From an uncultured Gemmataceae bacterium (GTDB lineage: Bacteria > Planctomycetota > Planctomycetia > Gemmatales > Gemmataceae): a stretch of DNA of 64,000 nucleotides. Under the pieces are notes generated by a model, which had not been told where the DNA came from, did not search any database, and saw only the letters and a program-made list of their open reading frames with translations. Shown piece by piece: positions 8,334-17,580 of this stretch. The translations under genes and the position numbers were made by a program. Position 1 is the stretch's first letter. Every line of letters starts with the position of its first letter. The stretch covers positions 896,001 through 960,000 of the forward strand of contig CAVVPN010000004.1 in NCBI GenBank assembly GCA_963750165.1, read 5' to 3'.

Positions 8334-10598
8334 GTGCTTCGCGAAGAGCAGATCGACCTGCGGCGGCAGCGCGGCCTGGAAGGCAAGTTCCGCATCCAGA
8401 ACCTGGGGCGCAACCGCGTCTTCAGCGACTACCAGGTCACCAATCCAACCAGCGGCGGCCAGTACCGCGTCAGCATTCGCGGCTTCGAGGTTGGCGACAA
8501 CCTGTGCGAGTGCCCCGACTTCAAGACCAACACGCTCGGCACCTGCAAGCACATTGAGGCCGTGCTGGCCACGCTCAAGGCCGAGGCCCCCGCCCAGCTC
8601 CGCCAGCGCAAGGCCGCTGTCACCCGTCCGGAAATCTATCTGCACTACGGCGAACAACTGCTGCCGCGTCTGCACCTGCCGCCGCGCCATTCCGACAAGC
8701 TCCGCACCCTGGCCGACGAGTTCTTTACGCCGGCCGGCCTGTGGAAGGGCGGCGACCGCTACGACCGCCTCATCGCCGCCGTCGAGACGGTGCCCGAACA
8801 GGTCACCATCTTCTCCGACGCGATGGAGTTCATGGAGCGCGAGATCGAGCGCCGCGAGATGGCCGAGCGCGAGCGGCAGATGGTCGCGCAGCTGGAGCGC
8901 GGCGAACTGGACCTGCCGCTGCTCAAGGTGCCGCTGTATCCGTATCAGATGCGTGGAGCGCTGTTCGCGGCCTACCGCGGCCGCTGCATCCTCGGCGACG
9001 ACATGGGACTCGGCAAGACGCCGCAGACGCTGGCCGCCGCGGAATTGCTCGCGCGCGAGCGCGGCATCGAGCGCGTGCTGGTGGTGGCGCCGGCGTCGGT
9101 GAAATATCAGTGGGAGACGGAAATCCGCAAGTTCACCGAGCGCAGCGTGCAGGTGATCGAGGGCGGCAACAAGGCCCGCCAGGCCCAGTACACGCAGCCG
9201 ACGTTCTACCGCCTCATCAATTATGAACTGGTGCTGCGCGACCTGGACGAGCTGAACGCCTGGCACCCGGACCTGATCGTGCTGGACGAGGCCCAGCGCA
9301 TCAAGAACTGGGAGGCGAAGGTGTCGCGGGCGGTGAAAAAACTGCGCAGCCGTTACGCCCTGGTGCTGACCGGCACGCCGCTGGAGAACAAGCTCGAAGA
9401 ACTGTACAGCATCGTGCAGTTCGTCGATGACCGCCGGCTCGGCCCGGCGTTCCAGTTCCTTTCGGAGCACCGCGTCCTCGACGCTGACGGCAAGCTGATC
9501 GCCTACCGCAACCTGCACAAGATCCGCGAAAAACTGGAGCCGATCTTCCTGCGCCGCACCCGCGCCGAAGTGCTCAGCCAGCTGCCGGAGCGGACGCAGA
9601 ACGTCGTCTACGTCGAGCTGGCCGACGCCCAGCGCGGCCCCTACGCCGACCAGCAGGCCACGCTCACGCGCCTCGTCCACAAAAAATATCTCTCGGAGGT
9701 GGACCGCCGCAGAATCCTGTGCGCCATCGTCAACATGCGCATGCTCTGCGACAGCACGTTCCTGTTCGACAAGCAGACGAACGTGTCGCCGAAGCTGGAG
9801 GAACTGACGGAACTGCTGAAGCAGCTCATCCTGGAGGGGCCGCACAAGGTCGTCATCTTCAGCCAGTGGGAGCTGATGCTGCAGAAGGTGGCGGAGGTGG
9901 CGCAGGGCCTCGGGATCGGCTTCGCGATACTGCACGGCGGCGTACCGGGCAAGGAGCGGCGCGGCCTGCTGGAGCGCTTCCGCGAGGACCCCAACTGCCG
10001 GGCGTTCCTGAGCACCGACGCGGGCGGCACCGGCCTGAATTTGCAGGCGGCGGACACGGTCATCAACGTGGACGTGCCGTGGAACCCGGCGGTGCTGGAC
10101 CAGCGCATCGCCCGCGTCCACCGCCTGGGCCAGCACCGGCCGGTGCAGGTCATCAACCTCGTGACGCGCGGCAGCATCGAGGAGCGCGTGCTGCGGACGC
10201 TGACGATGAAGCGGACGCTGTTCGAGGGCGTCTTCACCGGCGGCAGTGACGAGGTCGGCTTCCACGCGCTGGGCCACACGGCGTTCCTGGACACGATGCG
10301 GCAGCTGGCGTCCGAGGAGGAGCCGCGGCCGCTGCCGGAGCCGCTGCCCCCGGCGGCCGCGCCACCGCCGCCGGGCGTCGATCCGCGGCAGGTGCTGCTG
10401 CAGGCGGGCGTGCAATTTTTGGAGGCGGTCGCGGGGCTGTACGCGGCGCCGGTGGGCAATGGTCAGGCGGCGGACGTGCTGGGGGGGCTGTCGCCGGAGC
10501 TGCTGCAGCGCGGGGCGGCGGCGCTGCAGACGATCGTGCAGGGGCTGGGCAAGCCGCGCTCGCAGGAGTCGGACGGGCAGAAGCCCGCGGGGTCTTGA
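8334..10598 (+). CDS. SWIM zinc finger-SNF2 family helicase/ATPase, copy 1 (intact)
   Basis: CECPDF...CKH SWIM; DDMGLGKT, DEAQ, LTGTPLEN, STDAGGTGLNLQ, QRIARVHR; GAGGAG RBS before GTG. Confidence 0.93.
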   Translation: MLREEQIDLRRQRGLEGKFRIQNLGRNRVFSDYQVTNPTSGGQYRVSIRGFEVGDNLCECPDFKTNTLGTCKHIEAVLATLKAEAPAQLRQRKAAVTRPEIYLHYGEQLLPRLHLPPRHSDKLRTLADEFFTPAGLWKGGDRYDRLIAAVETVPEQVTIFSDAMEFMEREIERREMAERERQMVAQLERGELDLPLLKVPLYPYQMRGALFAAYRGRCILGDDMGLGKTPQTLAAAELLARERGIERVLVVAPASVKYQWETEIRKFTERSVQVIEGGNKARQAQYTQPTFYRLINYELVLRDLDELNAWHPDLIVLDEAQRIKNWEAKVSRAVKKLRSRYALVLTGTPLENKLEELYSIVQFVDDRRLGPAFQFLSEHRVLDADGKLIAYRNLHKIREKLEPIFLRRTRAEVLSQLPERTQNVVYVELADAQRGPYADQQATLTRLVHKKYLSEVDRRRILCAIVNMRMLCDSTFLFDKQTNVSPKLEELTELLKQLILEGPHKVVIFSQWELMLQKVAEVAQGLGIGFAILHGGVPGKERRGLLERFREDPNCRAFLSTDAGGTGLNLQAADTVINVDVPWNPAVLDQRIARVHRLGQHRPVQVINLVTRGSIEERVLRTLTMKRTLFEGVFTGGSDEVGFHALGHTAFLDTMRQLASEEEPRPLPEPLPPAAAPPPPGVDPRQVLLQAGVQFLEAVAGLYAAPVGNGQAADVLGGLSPELLQRGAAALQTIVQGLGKPRSQESDGQKPAGS

Positions 10599-10700
10599 TC
10601 GAGGTGAAGCAGCACGCTTGCACCGTTCCCTTGGTGTGCCAAACATTCCCCTGCTACATTGCAGCGCGGCCAGCCATCAACCAGAGTGGGAGATGCGGAA

Positions 10701-11012
10701 ATGAAGGAGACTTTAGCTCCCTTAACACCCCCAACGGCGGAAGAGTTGGAGCAGATGCACGCCCTGTACCGCAAAGGTGGCGAGGAACGCCAGATGGCAC
10801 CCCAGATCGTCTACGGCGATCCCGCCTGCCCGCGTGGTTGTGAGCAACGGTTGCAGGCGATTGACTTTTGCCTCGAAAAGCACGGCCGTGGGGTTCACGA
10901 CCCGTTAGTGCGTGCCTGGTGGAGCGATGCGGGAGTTGCCGGGCGCTGTCCGGGCTGCGGGGGCTGGATCCACTTCACCATCGGCGGCAAGCGTGCGATC
11001 ACCGCGGAGGCG
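10701..11012 (+). pseudogene. Small Cys-containing hypothetical protein, 3' truncated
   Basis: MKETLAPLTPPTAEEL...CPRGC...RCPGCGGWIHFTIGGKRAITAEAA then runs into the antisense strand of a kinase fragment. Confidence 0.5.
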
Positions 11013-11284
11013 GCGCCGGCGTGCTCGGCCGCCAGGATCATCTTCAGCGCCACCAGCCGGTTCGGCGCGTGCTGCCGGGCCTGGTAGACGACGCCCATGC
11101 CGCCGCGGCCGAGTTCGTGCAACAGGTCGTAGCCGGGCACCAGCGCCGGCGGGGCGGGGGCGGACGCCGCCGCCGGGGCCTGGCCCGCGTCCAGGGTGAC
11201 GCCATCGGCGGGCGGCGTGTCCTGGGCCAGCGTTTGATCGAAGGGCCGGCCGCACACCGGGCACGGCTGCAAGGATGGCGACAT
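11010..11284 (-). pseudogene. Ser/Thr protein kinase N-terminal fragment
   Basis: CPVCG ribbon, VPGYDLLHELGRGGMGVVYQARQ...RLVALKMIL, then kinase similarity ends after subdomain II. Confidence 0.85.
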
Positions 11285-11474
11285 GGCGGTTTCCCCTGGA
11301 GACTGCTCGGGCTGGATGCTCTCTCCAGGGTAACCAGATCGCGGGCGGGATGTCAGCTATTTTCCGGGCGGGTACGAGGTCGGGGCGCTGTTCCGCGTGC
11401 CCAGCGTGCGGCGCTCGCCTGACGGGATGCCGCAGCAGCGCTGATGAAGATTTATGAATATGTCGATTTTCCGC

Positions 11475-11502
11475 TTGCAATCCGCATCGGCGGACTTATA
11501 CT
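11475..11502 (+). promoter_or_regulatory. Sigma70-type promoter upstream of the two-gene module
   Basis: TTGCAA-16 bp-TATACT. Confidence 0.5.
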
Positions 11503-11836
11503 CCTCTTCTAACCAAATTGATCCTTGTTTCGCTGCTGGCCAAAGCCCAACCTGTCAACAACTAGGCCGGCGACAACGACAGCCGAATTCCTCGGCCCAG
11601 GCGCAATCCGGCGCCGCCCACAACAGGAAGGATGCCCGGTCGTCATGAGACATTTGCCCCCCAAAGTCTTCTTCTGGTGCGCATCCTATTTTCCGGCGTG
11701 AGTGCCGGGCTGCCGCCTCTCGCGACGATCCACTATAAACGGTGCAAGCCGTGCTGCGTTTTGGCTGGCGGAATCTCGCCCCAATCGGGAACAAGGCGTC
11801 AAGACAATAAGTCGCCTGTCCATGGAGGTCTTCACC

Positions 11837-13096
11837 ATGCGGAACACGTGGTTCGTTTGCTGCGCTGGTTTGCATGGGAGGCTGTTGACCGTTTGTACGA
11901 TCGCCGCACTCGCCCTCCTGACAAACCGTGCCACCGCTCAACCCATTCACCCAAAGCCGCTGCGGGTGGCGGAGTCGAAGCCGGTGACGGTGAAGGAAGC
12001 GCGGTTTGTCGTCGTCGCGCAGACCGATTGGCAGCCGGGGAAGCCGGAGAAGGCGTATCCAACGGTGGCGCCGATCGCCATCCAACTGCACATCACCAAC
12101 TTGAGCAAGAAAGAGGTTTGTTTTTCAACATTCAACACCTTCGGTCTGCGGCTCTTGACCGAGGACGGAAAGGAAGTGAAGAGACGCGGCAAGTCCAAGG
12201 GCGACATTGCCACGGCGCCGGTGGTCCTTCCCGCTGACGTCCCCTACGCCCTCTGCCGTCGCGCGGAGCTGCGCTGGGATGACAACAGCAAGGCTGCCGA
12301 ACTGGTTTATCACGACGGCACCGGCGCGCAATCGGTGATCGGGCCGCTGCCGCCGGGGCGTTACAAGCTGGTGTTTTGGTATTCTGTTGCGCCTGGCCCA
12401 CGAGCGAAGCCAAAAGTCGGAGAGGCTCCGGCATGGGTTGGTGAGGTCGTCACCAACGAAGTGCCCGTCGAGGTCGGCGAGGGCACGACGCGCGGGATTA
12501 GTAGCGGCGACCTGGAGTTGAGGCCGGCCAGTGCGGCGATCCGCCTCGGCGCATCGAAATCGGTTACGGTGAATGATGCGCAATTCGTCGTCGTCACGGA
12601 GCCGGAATGGAAAGCCCAGCCGGACTGGAAGCCGGGCAAGTTCCTCAAGGGGGCGCCGCTAGAAATGCAATTGCGCATCACCAACCTCGGGAAGAAGGAC
12701 CGGCTCTTCCATACGTTTGACACGTTTGGAGTGCGGGTGTCCACCGCGGAAGGGAAAAAAATGACGCGGGGCAGCGCGCGCAAAGTCACAGTCATCACCA
12801 GGCCCATTTTACTTCCGCCGGGCGCCTCGTATGTATTGGGCCACGAACCGGCCTCGAATCGCATTCACCGCCGGGCCGAACTCGATTGGAACGTTATTGC
12901 CAAGGAAGCCGAGTTCCGTTATTACGACGGAACCGGATCGGTTCATTTATTTGAACCATTGGGGGTCGGCCAGTACAAGCTGGCTTTTTGGTATGAAGTG
13001 AGGCCGCAAGGCCTGTTGAACACCGAGCGGGATCCTGAATCCTGGATTGGGTCGGTCGTCACCGAGGAGATCACGGTTCGCGTGCGCAATCCCTAA
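11837..13096 (+). CDS. Secreted hypothetical protein with two tandem ~170-aa domains
   Basis: GGAGG RBS + ATG 11837; signal-like N-terminus; repeats QLHITNLSKK..FSTFNTFG..RRAELRW..YHDGTG..GRYKLVFWY..WVGEVVT vs QLRITNLGKK..FHTFDTFG..RRAELDW..YYDGTG..GQYKLAFWY..WIGSVVT. Confidence 0.8.
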   Translation: MRNTWFVCCAGLHGRLLTVCTIAALALLTNRATAQPIHPKPLRVAESKPVTVKEARFVVVAQTDWQPGKPEKAYPTVAPIAIQLHITNLSKKEVCFSTFNTFGLRLLTEDGKEVKRRGKSKGDIATAPVVLPADVPYALCRRAELRWDDNSKAAELVYHDGTGAQSVIGPLPPGRYKLVFWYSVAPGPRAKPKVGEAPAWVGEVVTNEVPVEVGEGTTRGISSGDLELRPASAAIRLGASKSVTVNDAQFVVVTEPEWKAQPDWKPGKFLKGAPLEMQLRITNLGKKDRLFHTFDTFGVRVSTAEGKKMTRGSARKVTVITRPILLPPGASYVLGHEPASNRIHRRAELDWNVIAKEAEFRYYDGTGSVHLFEPLGVGQYKLAFWYEVRPQGLLNTERDPESWIGSVVTEEITVRVRNP

Positions 13097-13160
13097 CGAT
13101 CAAACGACGATAACGTGTTCGTCGCGGCATCTTTTTCCCCAGGACAAGGAAGGTTGCACC

Positions 13161-15239
13161 ATGAAATTGTGCGAAAAAAGGCGGGCGATCCTCTGGCTTG
13201 AACCGCTGGAAGACCGTTAGGTTCCGACCTACCTGACCACGAGTGTTGGCCCATTTGTCGTTCGGGGCCTCAGTGATCAGGGGCGGGTTCCTCAGGTCAA
13301 TTTTCAACTCACGCCGTCCGTGTTGAATACCTCCGATCGCTATGGACTCAACGGCCGCTGGTACGCCGTGGATTCGTGGGGCACTGCCGAAGTGATCGCG
13401 CCGAACGCGGAAGAATGGGCGCTCCTGGCCGCGCAGTTTCCGGGGTGGGGCTTTGCCCAATCGTTGCAGACCCTCGATGACGGCTCGCTGGAGATCAAGT
13501 CCAATGAGGCGCTTGGGCCGAGCCGGCAGACGGCAGCGGATCCGCCCGCCGCGGGCGGTTCCTTGTTTTTGCAATACAACCAAAATCCGCAGGGGGTCGC
13601 GGCCCCCACCAACCCCGCGCCGACCAACCTGCACTGGATCCAGTTCCTCGTCACCTATAACTGGACGGGCTCCATTGGCCGCGTTAGCGAAATTGACAAC
13701 GCCGGACAGAACACCCCATGGTATGATGATTTTGGTGGAGCGGCCGACGGCACTGGGTTCGCGGACATTGGCCGACCGCCGGTACAGGCGGACCTGATTA
13801 ACTTTGAAGCGCACGTGTTTCCTGTCACCCAAAATGCAGCGGGAACCTGGGTGATCTGGCCAGGGGTCGATTGGGGCTGGCACGTGGTCCTGGCGCCGCC
13901 ACGCGTCGGCGCCCTCGCGCCGGCGGCCGGCGCCACCGGGGGCGGCTACGCCGTCAACATTACCGGCGACGGCTTCACCGATGCCACGGCCGTTTCCTTC
14001 GGCGGCCAGCCCGCCACCTCCTTCACCGTCAACTCCGACACTTCCATCACAGCCTATGTCCCTGGCCAAGCTATCGGAATGACCGATGTCGTGGTCACCG
14101 GGCCAGGCGGCGATTCGGAGGTTTCTCCGGAAGACCAATTCGCCTACGTCAACGGCGCCCCTGTCGGCACGAGCAACACGGTGATCGCCCCGGAGAATGG
14201 TTCCTACACGTTCGCCGCCGCCGACTTCGGCTTCAGCGACCCGAACGACTCGCCGGCTAACAACTTCCAGGCCGTCGAGATCACCACGCTGCCCAGCGCC
14301 GGCACCCTCACCGACAACGGCGCGGCCGTCAGCGCCGGCCAGTACGTCAGCGTCAGCGACATCAGCGCCGGCTACCTCGTGTTCACACCCGCCGCCAACG
14401 CCTACGGCACGCCCTACGACGGTTTCACGTTCCAGGTGCAGGACGACGGCGGCACCGCCAACGGCGGCGCCGACACCGACCCCACGCCCCGGACAATGAC
14501 TGTCAACGTCAACCGGCCGCCGACCGCCGCGGACATCGGCCCCGTGACCACCAGCGACCAGCCCGTCATCGTGGACGTGCTCTCCCACTGCGCCGACCCC
14601 GATGGCGACAAGCTCACGGTCAGCGGCGTGACGCCGGGCACCTACGGCTCGGTCGGCGTCAACGCCGACGGCACCGTCACCTACTCGCCGGATGCAGGAT
14701 TCGTCGGCGACGACACCTTCACCTACACGGCCAGCGACGGCCACGGCGGCAGCGCCACCGCCACCGTGTACGTCTCCGTCTACGGCTTCGGCCAGTGGGC
14801 CAACTCCGTCATCGATTACAGTTCGCAGGGCAGCAGCACCGACAACGCCGCGACCCAGGCGCTGGGGGCGCCCGACACCTTCGCCTACGGCAACGCCCCG
14901 ACGGCCTGGTCGGCGTCGTCGGAAGACGGCACGGCCGAGACGCTGACGCTGGGCTATGCCACGGCGGTGTACGCCTCGGGCTTCACGATTCGAGAGACGG
15001 ACGGCAACGGCTTCGTCACCCAGGTGGACCTGATCGCCACCGACGGCACCGCCCACACCGTCTTTAGCGGCACCGACACCACTCCGGACGACGGCCCGCG
15101 CGACTTCACCGTCAACCTCACGAAGCCGACCGACTACCTGACGCAGTCGATCCGCATCTACGTCAGCACCGACAGCGTGCTGGGCAGCTGGGAGGAGATC
15201 GACGCCGTGCAGCTGACCGGCGGCACCTTCAAGTCGTAA
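13161..15239 (+). pseudogene. Planctomycete exoprotein (LEPLEDR motif, unknown domain, IPT/TIG, cadherin/Ig-like repeats, jelly-roll-like C-terminus) with in-frame TAG at 13218-13220
   Basis: AAGGAAGG + ATG 13161 gives MKLCEKRRAILWLEPLEDR*VP, in frame with ORF 13320-15239; IPT motif GGYAVNITGDGFTDATAVSFG; FTFQVQDDGGTANGG; DPDGDKLTV...FVGDDTFTYTASDG. Confidence 0.8.
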
Positions 15240-15245
15240 CAGCGA

Positions 15246-15320
15246 CCGCTACGCCGCGAGCGGCGGCCCCGACGGGTTCATGCCTGCAACCCATCGGGGC
15301 CGCCGCTTGCGGCGTGGCGG
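15246..15320. repeat. REP-like inverted pair / bidirectional terminator
   Basis: CCGCTACGCCGCGAGCGGCGGCCCCGACGGGTT ... AACCCATCGGGGCCGCCGCTTGCGGCGTGGCGG between convergent ORFs. Confidence 0.8.
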
Positions 15321-15325
15321 AAACA

Positions 15326-15628
15326 TCACACCCCCGACGGATACGTCTCCGGCACCTCCTCGTGTTCCACCTTCAGGTGCAGCGGGTGCAGCGCCCGCGT
15401 GCGGTCGAGGTACAGCAGCGCGTCGTAGCGCCGCGGCAGCACCGTCGGCACATAATTGCCGAACTGCTCGTACTCCGGGTGGTAGACGACGCCGATGGCC
15501 CGGTGGCGCGCGGCTCCAGCAATTCGCGCGTCGGGCGGCAGATCCGGCATCTGGGCCGCCAACCGCAGGGCGGCCAGCAGCACCAGACCGGTTGTGAGCA
15601 CGACCACAGGCACATGGCTTTGGCGCAC
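15326..15628 (-). pseudogene. Chimeric ORF: DUF11 signal peptide fused to an erythromycin-esterase-family C-terminal fragment
   Basis: First ~32 codons identical to the DUF11 gene; after the junction at 15531/15532 reads HRAIGVVYHPEYEQFGNYVPTVLPRRYDALLYLDRTRALHPL...VPETYPSGV. Confidence 0.75.
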
Positions 15629-15680
15629 GGTGCCCTTCCCCCGTTGGGCGTTGGAACTACCGGACAAGACCTACATGTCC

Positions 15681-15789
15681 GGCGAGCGGCGCGGCGTCAG
15701 CCCGCCGGTGATAACGAGTCGGCGAGCGGCGCGGCGTCAGCCCGCCGCTGATAACGAGTTACCGGCGGGCTGACGCCGCGCCGCTCGCC
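15681..15789. repeat. REP-like array, two direct arms + one inverted arm
   Basis: Extra 40-bp unit at 15681-15720 relative to 7548-7616. Confidence 0.92.
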
Positions 15790-15806
15790 TGCTGTCCGAT
15801 AGCGCG

Positions 15807-16169
15807 TTAGCTGTCTTCCAGCCGATACTTCCCCCGATACTGCTCGGCCGGATATTTCTTTTCGTTCTTGACCATCTTGGCGGTCATGGCGTCGCTGAGG
15901 TCGATGCCGAGCACGTTGCACAGGTTGAACAGGTGCCCGGCCACGTCGGCGATCTCGTCGGCAACGGCCTCACGGTCCTTTGGGTTGTCGATGACGCGGC
16001 GCGACGCCTCGCCATCGACCCAGAGGAAATGCTCCATCAACTCGGCCGTCTCGACGGCCAGGCCCATGACGAGGTTCTTGGGGTTGTGGTACGGTCCCCA
16101 GGCGCGCTCGACGCTGAAGCGACCGATGAGGGCCTTGAGTTCCGCCACGGTGGTGCTGCTGTCAGGCAT
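15807..16169 (-). CDS. MazG-like nucleotide pyrophosphohydrolase, copy 2
   Basis: Protein identical to 7634-7996. Confidence 0.9.
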   Translation of the reverse strand: MPDSSTTVAELKALIGRFSVERAWGPYHNPKNLVMGLAVETAELMEHFLWVDGEASRRVIDNPKDREAVADEIADVAGHLFNLCNVLGIDLSDAMTAKMVKNEKKYPAEQYRGKYRLEDS

Positions 16170-17580
16170 GGGTGTAGGTTCCTGGGGCCGGGCGGCCGCG
16201 TCCCCGTGGGCGGCAGCCGAACCGCGTCGTTTGTTCGAGTTCGATGGAAGTGGGCGGCACTATAGCGAGCGGCGCGGCGCTGTCAAGACGACTCGCCGCG
16301 TCAGATGGGTTGCAGTCCGCTAAGAACGTTCGGAAGCAAGGAGTGCCTCCGAGCCGCGCACGGAGCGTACGCGCGGAGTAAGCAGGCGCCCGCGGAGGCG
16401 CTGGCAGCATCCCACTCACCCCCGATTCTACCCCTTTCCCGCACCCCGTTGGTATGATACAGAACGGGCATACGGCGGGGACCGCTGGTGTGGTGAGGAG
16501 CAAGCAGTGCTTCGCGAAGAGCAGATCGACCTGCGCCGCCAGCGCGGCCTGGAGGGCAAGTTCCGCATCCAGAACCTGGGGCGCAACCGCGTCTTCAGCG
16601 ACTACCAGGTCACCAATCCAACCAGCGGCGGCCAGTACCGCGTCAGCATTCGCGGCTTCGAGGTTGGCGACAACCTGTGCGAGTGCCCCGACTTCAAGAC
16701 CAACACGCTCGGCACCTGCAAGCACATTGAGGCCGTCCTCGCCGCCCTCAAGGCCGAGGCCCCCGCCCAGCTCCGCCAGCGCAAGGCCGCTGTCACCCGT
16801 CCGGAAATCTATCTGCACTACGGCGAACAACTGCTGCCGCGTCTGCACCTGCCGCCGCGCCATTCCGACAAGCTCCGCACCCTGGCCGACGAGTTCTTTA
16901 CGCCGGCCGGCCTGTGGAAGGGCGGCGACCGCTACGACCGCCTCATCGCCGCCGTCGAGACGGTGCCCGAACAGGTCACCATCTTCTCCGACGCGATGGA
17001 GTTCATGGAGCGCGAGATCGAGCGCCGCGAGATGGCCGAGCGCGAACAGCAGCTCGTCGCCCAGCTGGAGCGCGGCGAACTGGACCTGCCGCTGCTCAAG
17101 GTGCCGCTGTATCCGTATCAGATGCGTGGAGCGCTGTTCGCGGCCTACCGCGGCCGCTGCATCCTCGGCGACGACATGGGCCTCGGCAAGACCGTCCAGA
17201 CGATGGCCGCGGTGGAGTTGCTGCAGCGCGAGCGCGGCATCGAGCGCGTGCTGGTGGTGGCGCCGGCGTCGGTCAAGTATCAGTGGGAGACGGAGATTCG
17301 CAAGTTCACCGAGCGCGGCGTGCAGGTGATCGAGGGCGGCAACAAGGCCCGCCAGGCCCAGTACACGCAGCCGGCGTTTTATCGTCTCATCAACTACGAA
17401 CTGGTGCTGCGCGACCTGGACGAGCTGAACGCCTGGCACCCGGATTTGATCGTGCTGGACGAAGCGCAGCGCATCAAGAACTGGGAGGCGAAGGTGTCGC
17501 GGGCGGTGAAAAAACTGCGCAGCCGTTACGCCCTGGTGCTGACCGGCACGCCGCTGGAGAACAAGCTCGAAGAACTGTAC

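Larger units (their letters stand above)
7399..10609 (+). repeat. Direct duplication, copy 1
   Basis: Matches 15532-20306 (offset 8133, then 8173 after a 40-bp insertion; IS inserted in copy 2). Confidence 0.95.

Noticed and set aside
7989..10646. Long antisense ORFs (885 aa here; also 13071-15056, 18178-20367, 27933-29792, 37085-38767, 60985-63399)
   Set aside because: Shadow frames of well-supported genes in high-GC DNA, with no recognisable motifs
13218..13220. Amber reassignment or pyrrolysine
   Set aside because: TAG is the normal stop of several genes here (ends 4134, 40508, 42892, 44852), and no pyl genes are seen
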